Shown: piece by piece, positions 1 through 10,700 of the stretch
How the letters are laid out: every line of letters starts with the position of its first letter
Numbering within the stretch: the stretch's first letter is position 1
DNA from: Chara braunii
Lineage: Eukaryota > Plantae > Charophyceae
Length of the DNA: 64,000 nt
Direction: 5' to 3'
NCBI GenBank assembly: GCA_003427395.1
Contig: BFEA01000038.1
Span: 4,910,135 to 4,974,134, forward strand
Notes under the pieces: model-generated
What the model saw: only the letters and a program-made list of their open reading frames with translations
Databases searched by the model: none
What the model was told of the DNA's origin: nothing
Position numbers and translations under genes: made by a program

Positions 1-684
1 TCGATCTTTAACACCGGTTCAACGAGGCTCGTGTTGCTGTCAGCCTGACTAAACCGAGTGTCTGTATAGACGTCGAAAAACTTCTCGATGGCATCTTGGG
101 CGACCACCACATGTCCGAGCAGCCATCCTCGACGCCTGATGTCGACGACCCTCGCAACGTCAAACCTTCCGCGGCATCTGTCGTGGCTTTCTTGCCGACG
201 AACTCTCCGATACTGCCGCCGACCATCGCCTGCGGAGGGGAAGGCGAGATCGGGGGACGACAACATGTCACGTCCCCGAAAAAAACTGCCACCGGCACTC
301 AAGCTCTTGACGTGCTGGCCTTGCCCGCGCCAACTTCACCGATGAAGGAGCGGAAAGACAAACCAGCTAGTAAGATGTGACAAACGTCACTCTGTCTGCG
401 CGCCTGTGACCGCAGTGTCTGTGGACGCGGGGAGTTCCTGATGCCGGCATACTACAGCCACCACTCCTTCAAACTTCCAAGTACATGTGAACGACCATCC
501 TGTGAGTTGGTCAGGTCACTGGTCGTGTGCAGGGCATACGAGACAAAAACATGTGTATTTTTGTTGAAGCGTTCCGTCACATAATGGAAGGATGGTGTTT
601 CTTTTTCGGAATGAGTGGTGGTTCTTGTTCGTCGGGATCCGCACTTCCAAGGCCGATGCGTGATGCGGTTCCTCTTTTTGTGCC

Positions 685-1322
685 TCGATTGGAAAAAGTC
701 CATCGGGATCCTGACTTCGGAAATGTTTGGCCTCCTCGTTTGTGGCTTGTTGTGGTTTTCCCTTCTGAAGGGCGGGGGTGTCGAGGTCGAACACACTACT
801 CCTTTTGTTTTCCTTTTGTCGGTGTCGAGGTTGCGCGGAAGTATTCTCTATCTCTCTCATGGCTAAACGAGGTCTTGTAATTAGATAGGTCCTGCGTCTT
901 TTGTATTTCGTGGTTCTTAAATTGTCGTTTTCGTCGGATTCGTCTTGGAGTACGTATATTCATTTTTCAATTTTCTTATCCTTCGGTTGTACAGGGGTAC
1001 GGTCATCTCTCTGGATTGGCAAAAGTCTGCCGGGATCCGGACTTCAAAGATGTTTGGCTTCCGCTTCTGTGACTTGTTGTGGTTTTCCCTTCTTAAGGGC
1101 GGGGGTGTCGAGCTCGAGTGCACTAGTCGTTTTGTTTTGCAGCGTGGCTCACGCGGAAGTTCTCTCTCTCGCAGTCTCATGACAAAACGGGGTTCTGTAA
1201 TTGCATAGGTCCTGCGTCTTTTAGATTTCGTGGTTCTTTAATTGTCATTTCGTTAGGTTCTTCTTCGGAAACGTGTATTCATTTTCCGTTTTGTCTTTCT
1301 TCTCTTGTACAGGGGTAGGGTC
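685..1322. repeat. Imperfect tandem duplication, ~320-326 bp unit, 2 copies
   Basis: gattgg(a/c)aaaagtc...aagggcgggggtgtcgag at ~688 and ~1014; ataggtcctgcgtctttt...ttgtacaggggta at ~886 and ~1206. Each unit ends in a pyrimidine tract plus tacag, resembling a splice acceptor. Confidence 0.85.
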
Positions 1323-2372
1323 GTCTCGAACACGGAGGCCCTCGAAATATCCGGAACACATATTGCAGACAGTCTCGGGGTTGACGACAAAACACAAGGA
1401 CATGTTAAAGGCATCAGGGGTTGATGTCAAAATAGGGAAGAAGGAGCATGCCATTGCCATTGAGGAGTGTCTTTCCCTTCTGCCCCCAGAGAAAGGGACA
1501 TATCCACGATCTGTGACTAGGGGTCAGGCCATGTATGAGAAATACTTAGCTACTCGTCGTGCGATGAAGGAGAATCCTAAGAGTTCCGTTTCTCACTTCC
1601 TCCCCTGTCCTTTGTTCGATGTTGTGCAGTGCGGGCCACGACACCTGGAAAAGCATTGACTGTGATTGGAAGCTTGAGGGTCTTGAACGACATTGAACGA
1701 GGCTTGGTGCCACCTAACACTGTTCTCTCGACCCTCGACGATGGTCAGTTGCGAATTGCAGCAAACGATATTCTCACCCTCTCACTTACCAACGACAGGG
1801 TGAATGATGAGGTGGTCAATTTTTACATGGCGCTATTGGGAACGACCGCATATGGGATACATGACATCCCGTAAGGCCTTCGAGTCTTCAGCTTTAATTC
1901 TTTCTTCTTCGGTAAACTGCAACTTCAAGGACACGGCGGGGTGGAAAGATGTGCTAAAAACGTGGATCTGCTTCAATATGATATTATCTTTGTTCCAGTC
2001 CACAAAGATAATGATCACTGGATCCTCCTTTCCGTGAACTTGAGAGATAACGTTTTTGAGATTTTCGATTATTTTCCTCGCGTTATAGCCTATTCTACTT
2101 TTTACCTTAGTGTTTTCGAGTTGATCGTACAGTATTTGGAATGTCAAACATCACATAGGCGGTCATGTAGGAGTTGGAAGTCGGTAGCAACAAATGTTGT
2201 TATAGAGGGAGTTCCAAGGCAAGTGGATGAAATTAGTTGCGGGGTGTTTATGTTGATGTTTGCGACACTGTTGCAACGTGGCGATCGACCGCCTTTCAGG
2301 TTCTCTTGTAAAAATATTCCGCATATTAGATGACAATTGGCATCATGTATCTTGGAATGTCGTTGTCTTTGA
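1312..2372 (+). pseudogene. Ulp1/C48-family (SUMO) peptidase pseudogene
   Basis: ORFs 1629-1874 and 1941-2333 are in one frame, split by TAA. Motifs: VNDEVVNFY, FNSFFF, DIIFVPVH..DHW (His), IFD (Asp), PRQ....SCGVF (Gln, Cys). A TGA at 2331 is followed by further sense codons to 2372; probable frameshift near 1630-1660. Confidence 0.85.
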
Positions 2373-2899
2373 TGGATTCGATTGATTTGCAAACTTTTGT
2401 TTCAGAATATTTCATATTTTAACTGTCGCTTTCACAATGACATTACTTTCTTTTGGTGTTGCGAGTTTGAGTTGTCTTTGGTATGTTGACTGCCAGTCTG
2501 GCGTCGCGTGTTCGCTTCGGAATCTCTGTCAGGTCCGGCTCCTCTGTCGTGCCATTAAATTCGTCGCATTGCAGTCCTCGTTTAAAATTGTGTCCAGGTC
2601 ATCCAAAGTTGTGCATAAAATTCACCTCGAAATGATATTCGTGTGTGTGGTGCGACATGATGAATTGGAGTGTGGATGCAAGACAAATATCGGCGAGTGT
2701 GTGAGTGTGAGGCTCGTTATGCATAGAGTCAAAGACCACTGATATCACGTCTCTTGTGTGCATAGACAATCATGTACTTGTGACCGTCTGAATTGCATGT
2801 AACCGATAATTTTGCGTTCGTGACCGGAAAAAAAAACTTGTATGTCAAAAATAAATGTTTGTACTTCGACTCCTATTGTGACTGTTACACACGTCGAAC

Positions 2900-3730
2900 A
2901 AGGATGCAATCATGACACCTTGCTCATCACAATTGTAAACAAGTATGGATCTCATCACATTTCTGCACATCCGGCAAGATGGTGGGCGTATTTTACGGTT
3001 ACTAAGTGTTTTATAGAAGTCTGAATCTCTACAACATCCAAACAACCGCCTCGGACGAGATGATTGTCATGCATGTACAACTAACGCATAACCGAAATAA
3101 ATGTATTATCCAACAATGATTCAATCATGACACCTTGCTCATCACATTTACAAACTTGAAGTTTGACAAGTGTGGCTTCCGACACATTAGCGCACAGACA
3201 TTCTGGATGGGCGTGCTTGTCGCTACTCTACGTCTTCTAATATAATTATCCAACGAGGATGCAATCATGACACCTTGCTCATCAAAACTATGAAATTGAA
3301 ATCTAACAAGTACGGATCCCACCACACTTCCGCACAAAATTCCCTGATGGGGGTGCCTATCGTCATTCATTTATGAAGTTTAACAAGTACGGATCTCAAC
3401 ACACTTCCACACAAGATTCCCAACACATTTTTGAAGTTCAACAAATAACGATCCCAGCACACTTCCGCACAGGGTTCCCTGATGGGCATGCCTATCGTTA
3501 TTCGTTTATGAAGTTTAACAAGTACGGATCCCAGCGCACTTCCGCACATGATTCCCAGCGGTGCCACATTTTTGAAGTTCAGCAAATAAGGATCCCGGCA
3601 CACTTCCGCACAAGGTTCTGGCGTGCCTAACATGTACAGGTCTGAACACCCTTTCTCATTTGGGATATCATTTATAAAGTTTCACAAGTACAGACCTCAG
3701 CACACTTCTGCATGTGCTTAAACCCTGGAT
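2900..3730. repeat. Degenerate repeat array with ~32-bp core AACAAGTACGGATCCCAGCACACTTCCGCACA
   Basis: About 8 copies near 2938, 3165, 3305, 3382, 3440, 3517, 3581 and 3683. A second motif, caatcatgacaccttgctcatca, occurs near 2907, 3122 and 3262. Confidence 0.8.
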
Positions 3731-3809
3731 GAGCGTGCCTACGTTGCTTGGAATGCGGCCGAAAATGAATTCGTTAGAAAGAGGACAGAGTATAATGTCC
3801 TATTTTAAC

Positions 3810-4275
3810 GAATAACATGTTTGAATTGTTTCGTCAATGGCTTGATCAATTCATAGTAGTCTACCTCAACAATATTTTAGTGTGTAGTAAAACATTAGAA
3901 GATCACGAAAAGCATCTACGGATGGTTTTGCGGAAATTAGGCAAAGACAATTTTAAACTGAACCCGAAAAAATCTAAGTTTGTTAAGCCTGACGTCTTGT
4001 ACTTAGGGCATATAGTAAACGAGGAAGGACTAAGGCCCGACGAGAAGAAAATCACATCGATTCGAGTTTGGCCCCAACCTAAAACTATAACTGAATTATA
4101 TTTTTTGTAGGACTTGCAAGTTATTATAAGAAATTCCTTAGAAACTTCTTTTTGAGAGCTCCTCCTATGAGACGACTTCTGAAGAAGGAAAAACCTTGGT
4201 TGTGGGACAAAGATTGTGAGTCGTCGTTCAAAAAATTGAAGTATGTTCTGACTCACTACCCTGTCTTAAAAATCG
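3810..4275 (+). mobile_element. pol: Decayed Ty3/Gypsy RT-connection fragment
   Basis: FIVVYLNNILV (decayed YLDD), WPQPKTITEL, GLASYY, SFKKLKYVLTHYPVLKI; resembles the pol at 50531-51727. Confidence 0.85.
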
Positions 4276-4685
4276 TTCAACAGAAAAAAAAATCCTGGTC
4301 TTAACAGTTATGTTTTTTTAAAATGAGTTGACTATACTAAGTAACAACAGTTCTCTAACACGCACCGGTTTTTAACCTTGATCCATAAACACACATGTGT
4401 TAAACCTTACTTCAACACAAGAAACGTTCACGACTTCGTTGCGGGTTTCCAAATCAATATGACAAACATTTTCGAACTTTGTTCCAACGTTTGATGATGA
4501 GTTAAGTCATCTGTGGTTATACTATATCCCTGATATGCGCGAACGTTTCAGAGTTTGTTGCCTAACTCATTGCAATGTCTTAGCAACATTGAGATATCGT
4601 ACTGAAAAAAAAAAAAAATCGTTTAAAAACAGTTGGAACTCTCAACGAGATAATCAATGTAGATCCTTCGCGACACTTGTCCTTG

Positions 4686-4687
<2 letters not shown>

Positions 4688-4760
<73 letters not shown>

Positions 4761-5625
4761 NNNNNNNNNNNNNNNNNNNNNNNNNNNNNNNNNNNNNNNN
4801 NNNNNNNNNNNNNNNNNNNNNNNNNNNNNNNNNNNNNNNNNNNNNNNNNNNNNNNNNNNNNNNNNNNNNNNNNNNNNNNNNNNNNNNNNNNNNNNNNNNN
4901 NNNNNNNNNNNNNNNNNNNNNNNNNNNNNNNNNNNNNNNNNNNNNNNNNNNNNNNNNNNNNNNNNNNNNNNNNNNNNNNNNNNNNNNNNNNNNNNNNNNN
5001 NNNNNNNNNNNNNNNNNNNNNNNNNNNNNNNNNNNNNNNNNNNNNNNNNNNNNNNNNNNNNNNNNNNNNNNNNNNNNNNNNNNNNNNNNNNNNNNNNNNN
5101 NNNNNNNNNNNNNNNNNNNNNNNNNNNNNNNNNNNNNNNNNNNNNNNNNNNNNNNNNNNNNNNNNNNNNNNNNNNNNNNNNNNNNNNNNNNNNNNNNNNN
5201 NNNNNNNNNNNNNNNNNNNNNNNNNNNNNNNNNNNNNNNNNNNNNNNNNNNNNNNNNNNNNNNNNNNNNNNNNNNNNNNNNNNNNNNNNNNNNNNNNNNN
5301 NNNNNNNNNNNNNNNNNNNNNNNNNNNNNNNNNNNNNNNNNNNNNNNNNNNNNNNNNNNNNNNNNNNNNNNNNNNNNNNNNNNNNNNNNNNNNNNNNNNN
5401 NNNNNNNNNNNNNNNNNNNNNNNNNNNNNNNNNNNNNNNNNNNNNNNNNNNNNNNNNNNNNNNNNNNNNNNNNNNNNNNNNNNNNNNNNNNNNNNNNNNN
5501 NNNNNNNNNNNNNNNNNNNNNNNNNNNNNNNNNNNNNNNNNNNNNNNNNNNNNNNNNNNNNNNNNNNNNNNNNNNNNNNNNNNNNNNNNNNNNNNNNNNT
5601 CTCTCTCTCTCTCTCTCTCTTTCTT

Positions 5626-5693
<68 letters not shown>

Positions 5694-5710
5694 ACAACAC
5701 ACACACACAT
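4688..5710. repeat. (CT)n and (CA)n microsatellites flanking an N gap (4761-5599)
   Basis: Directly visible. Confidence 0.95.
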
Positions 5711-6219
5711 AATAATCCACGATATCATATTCAACTCTCACGACCTCTTCACCATCACCTTGCTACACACCAAATCAAAGTACTATACGGAAATTACAAA
5801 ATAAACGTTGTTTTCATTATAAGTGAAATTGTTTTCATGTTCACTTTTTTTTTTAACTGTAAAATGACAGAACGAAATGAGGAAATTATACACGAAATAA
5901 TAACAAAGCAAAATAACGACAAAGCGAAATAACGACAAAGCAAAATAAGGACGAAACAATGTTCATATATCAAAGCTTAGCAATGCAAAGTTGAAGGAAC
6001 GACAAAACAATGCTCGTATATGAAAAGTTGAAGGAAACATTTAATGTGACAGTCATGATTATACAAGTTCAAAACAATCATGCTCCCGTGTTGCTTGTGC
6101 TCAAAATATAATACAATGTCAAGTTTTTACCTCGAATGTTTACACTCAGTAAACATGTCAATCTCATCAACAAAATATTAACTACGGACTGTAGCTTTAG
6201 TCGCACCTCATTGACTTTC

Positions 6220-7025
6220 CTATCTAACCATGGACAAAATGTCAAATGATATTCTAAGCCTCATATCAGAAATATTGGCTTGTGAGAAAGCAAATGGAGG
6301 GAAGTGACCTCTTGCAAGCAAAGATGCAAAACCTAACATAAAAACACCACAACTACAAGGATCCTCTTGAGCAGGAATCCCATCTACTGATGTATCAAAG
6401 AAGGATGTAGGCCCGTCCACATGATATCTTTCATGAAGATTGTGTCGATGAAACTCCGCTTCGAAAAAATCTTCCAAACGTTCAAGGACTTAAACATAGT
6501 CAACACGAGGGAGAGAGTCTATGAGGTGGAATTTACAGTTCGGACCGTCTATGCTGACATAAGCTAAGGCCCAGTGATTTCCAAAATGAAGAGGGATAAT
6601 CACTAAGTCATAATAAAAAAGATCTGTGTCCTTCACCCATTTCATCTCTTCGGAATATGCGGTTTCAAACCTCGAAGCACCTGACAATCGAGTGAAGAAA
6701 AAGGAATTGAAAATGTGCACAAAAGGAACACTACAAGAGTTTTTATGATCTCTTGTCACTTTTGTACATGTCGAATCAACCTTGATGTGGTCATTGGTGA
6801 TTTTGACGGCTAGCAGGTACGAATTGACGACTTCGTCATTTAATCATTTCCCATCTTTGGCGATGACCATGATGTCTTCCTTTCCCACCTTCCAGCTCCC
6901 CTTGTAATCGACAATGTCGTATGCTTCAATGTCTTCGCTGCTGTCTGTAATTATGTCAAGATACTCCTTTTCTTCTATGGTGAGGCGTCATGTTGCTGAA
7001 GGAATTTGGAACGAAGGGTCATGAA
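6220..7025 (-). pseudogene. Second Ulp1/C48 peptidase domain, probably the terminal exon of the large minus-strand gene
   Basis: K*LNDEVVNSY, IFNSFFF, DLVIIPLHFGNHW, LIDSL, IPAQEDPCSCGVFM, with in-frame stops. An acceptor-like tgtttgtatgcag lies on the minus strand at ~7026. Confidence 0.85.
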
Positions 7026-7790
7026 CTGCATACAAACACACATATAAACAACAATGGAACGACTAAGACTTTATACAAAAACGAACTTTTCTTTATATGA
7101 TGTACGACGTAGACCCGAGTTCATGTTTTAGGTTGTCTATCCGTTTCGCTATCAGAGCTGCCATCCACAATAGATAAACTGCAACCTTCGTGATGCAATT
7201 TCTTCCCTTCTCTGAGGCTTATTCCAACAACTTTAAACATCCTTAGGGCAGTTGGCTTCATAGATAAAAATGTCATGGGTGTAAGTCTTCTTCTCTCTTT
7301 TTTGGGCAATAACGACAAAGTTGATAAGGCTTGCAAGCCACGACGAATGATATTCTTTCACTCTGCTTTTGCGAACGCACGTGCGTCGTTTTCCACAGTT
7401 CTTTTCGTCGCCCTGCATGTTCATCAATATAAAACGACAATGATTGACAAGACAAAACATTATGAGTTGAAGTTCAATTTTCCACATAATTGCAAGTAAG
7501 AGATACACAATATTCTACTTCATTTCTTCTTATCACCGAGCGTACAATTGCAAACCTAGGCAAAAAATTAGTTCCTATGAGATGAGTGCATGTAATATAC
7601 CCCCTAATCCGCATACAATATTAAATATTCCCTTAGAGATAAGTACGTGTTCACCTCAGTGGCTCACTAACACTTTGTTTTCAACACGACCTTCTATCGC
7701 ACCATGCGATGGCGTAAAAGGAGATTCGTCGATACATATCACGAGGTTGGCAAACTGTTGTGCTTCTGATTTTGCAATCATAAGTTCAGG

Positions 7791-10700
7791 TTATACTAGC
7801 GTATGTTGCCCCCGTGTACTTAGTACTATATAGCCTTCATCCTCTTCGATGGCCTGTACATTGACAGTTTCCTTTGCACCTGCAGTCGCGCTTTCACTCT
7901 TCATGTCCAGAGATACTTCATGCTCATCTTTCTCAGCTGGCATATCCAACGATGGCACCTCTAATTCTGCAAGTGCACCAGTATTATCCACTTGCGTAGT
8001 AACACTCTCGCTCACCAACACAGTGGTCGCCCAAACTTGGTCATTCGGAAGGACCTCCTCGACACATTTCGAAAGTTCCCCATGACTTACGCCCTTGACG
8101 CTTGCACCGCCGCTTGCTCCCAAATCCTTGCCAATTGCATCGCCTCTCGATCCCCTGCCATGTGCACCGCCGCTTGGTCCTAATCCCAGAGGCGAACCCG
8201 ATCCCTTGCAATGTGCACCGCTGCTTGGTCCTGATCCCTGAGGCGATCCCGATCCCTTGTCATGTGCACCGCCGCTTGGTCCTGATACCTTTCCCTCTGT
8301 TGCTTGACGCCCTTGACACATTTCGTGTTTTTGCAGTTCACCATGAGTTATTGGCTTTCCACTTGCACCGACGCTCGGTCCCAGGCCCTTGCCACTAACA
8401 CCGCCCCGTGGTTCTGATCCCTTGCCATTTTCACCACCGCTGCATGATCCTGATCCCTTTCCACTCGCACCGCCGCCTGATCCTGATCCCGATCTTGTTC
8501 CCTTGCCACGCGCACCGCCGCCTGATCCTGATCCCTTACCACTCGGATCGCCGCTCGCTCCTTTACTTTCCCCAACTTTGTCTTGAAGTTCCTCTTCGAT
8601 ACGCCAATTATATCCAAAAGCTGGACTTGTTTCTCGATCATAGAACTCTTCCAGTCAAGCCATCGAGATGTTTTGAACTCCTGAAAATTTTCTTCTCTCC
8701 TTGCATCCAGTCTTGATTGAGAAACCTTCGGATTAAGTCGCAGTAGTCGTTTGCCAATCTGATTTTTGGCGTGTGTGACAAACTTGGATTTTGGCATACG
8801 TCTGTGGAAGCAAAATTGTCACTCCCCTTCTTCTTTTATAGCCATTACCCTGTTCCCTCTCGCCAATGCAGGTTGGAAGTGGTGGGGGTGCCATATAATG
8901 TGATGACCCCATACGTCGTTAGGCATCATCGTATAATCGTCTCGGCACACAATAGGTCTAGGAAGCTGTGCAATGTCTGGAGGGATCCTGTCTCCAATCT
9001 CGTACTCCAAAGGCTCAGACGGAGGTTGTTGTGGAGTTTGCGAGCGTAGCAATTCCAAAACAACAGTAGGGTTATGTGCAAGTGCTGACAGACTTGCAAT
9101 AATCTATTGGGAGAGCATTGGTTGCACACTCGGACTAGGGCCATGTGCGAGTGCTGACATACTTGCAATAACCTTTGGGGAGAGCATTGCCTGCACCCTC
9201 GGATCATCCCGAACTACGCCGGAAGGTAGCGCTGTTGTGTTGTCCACCATGTGAGAAGGTGTAAGTTGCAAAAGAGAAGCGGTTGAGGGACGATTCGGTA
9301 ACTGGTCCGTTGAAACTGCCATACTTGAAGCCTCTCCAGAACCGGACGATGTGCCCGACGCACCCATCTTCTGCGAAGCTGAGCTACAAGCTTTTTGCCT
9401 CTCATCTGCCAAAGCCACTTGCAAAGTACCATCTTTACTTTCTTCTTCTGAGTCCTCAACATCAAAGCCTTCCCCAAAACAAGTTGCATAAGTTGCGATT
9501 GTAAACGCCCCGATGTATTCGTCGAAGTACATCATCTCCAAACGGTCTAGAAATGCAACTTCCGTCTCCGCTGGTGCCTTATGATACCCCCTCAGAAGTG
9601 ATTCCATTTTTCGCCTTCTGGCGACATATGCACATTCCCCTCTGTTTTGTGGCTTAGTCTCGAAAAGGAACTCCCAAATGTTGACGATGTTTTGGTCGAC
9701 TTTGTAGACGAGATCACGCCCTTCATCATGTCGAGGAGGCGTCTTAATAAATTTGGTGTAGTAACCTCCAGTCACGACCATCCTGTTGACGAATTGAATG
9801 AGAAACACGAACTTCATAAGCTCCTCTTCCAGAACAATGCAATGACGGTGACTCTTTAACAACTCCCAAATCAACGCCGTATGACCTTTTCCAAGGAAAA
9901 CAACCGCCTCATCCGCAGGACAAAAATGTTCCAATGTCTCCACCATCGCATTTGGCTCCCTTTCCATTCCTTCGTACACAAATTTCTCCTTTGGTTCCAT
10001 ACCTGCCATTTTCAACTTCGTGGGCGTGAAGTTCTTCTCCACGACATCATTCAACATCTTTGGCTTTCTCTCTCTGCACACAAGTGATGATAAGTCACCC
10101 GCCTGCTCGCCGGATGATCGATCTGCAGCTGGAGTTCTTGCTGGAATGTGTTCAAGCAAGGGAATAGTGTTGCGGTGATAATCCCCATCGTTGGAGTACA
10201 TGATGACAGTCATTCTGTCTGTGTCCTCCAAAGGCAAGTTCGCAACCTTATATGAATGCTTCGCCTTCGTTTGTTGCTGACGAGTCCACTTTAGAATAGA
10301 CAAGTGAATGTCCCAACATGTAACTCGCTTGAAAAATGTAAACTCGCAAGACCGCGGAACGGAGCACAATAATGTCCAATAATCACCACCCAGCTTTCCC
10401 ATGAACCTCCATAGACCATCAAAGATTTCTTTACTCCATATCCCTATTTGGGTTGGGCGACACAAATCCAGCACGGCCGTGCGGCAACTCAGATTTTTGA
10501 CAACTCTATACATTTCCTTGGAATCCATCTCGTCTGAAATATTGCTTGGTTCCAATTGGAACGGGACGAAAACAGACTTCACGTTCTATTTTTAGAAATG
10601 TATATATTTCGCCATGCCCGACATTCTTATGCTTTGCGAACCCCTGGTTTCTGATCTGCGCAGCAGCTTGTTGACAAACTGCACGAACTCTTCGGGGCAC

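Noticed and set aside
2900-3730. CRISPR array
   Set aside because: Repeats are degenerate, spacers are related to each other and irregular, there are no cas genes, and the context is eukaryotic.
4535-5932. Long ORFs spanning N gaps (also 14086-14769, 17399-17869, 34305-36999, 46701-48017)
   Set aside because: Artefacts of Ns and microsatellites.
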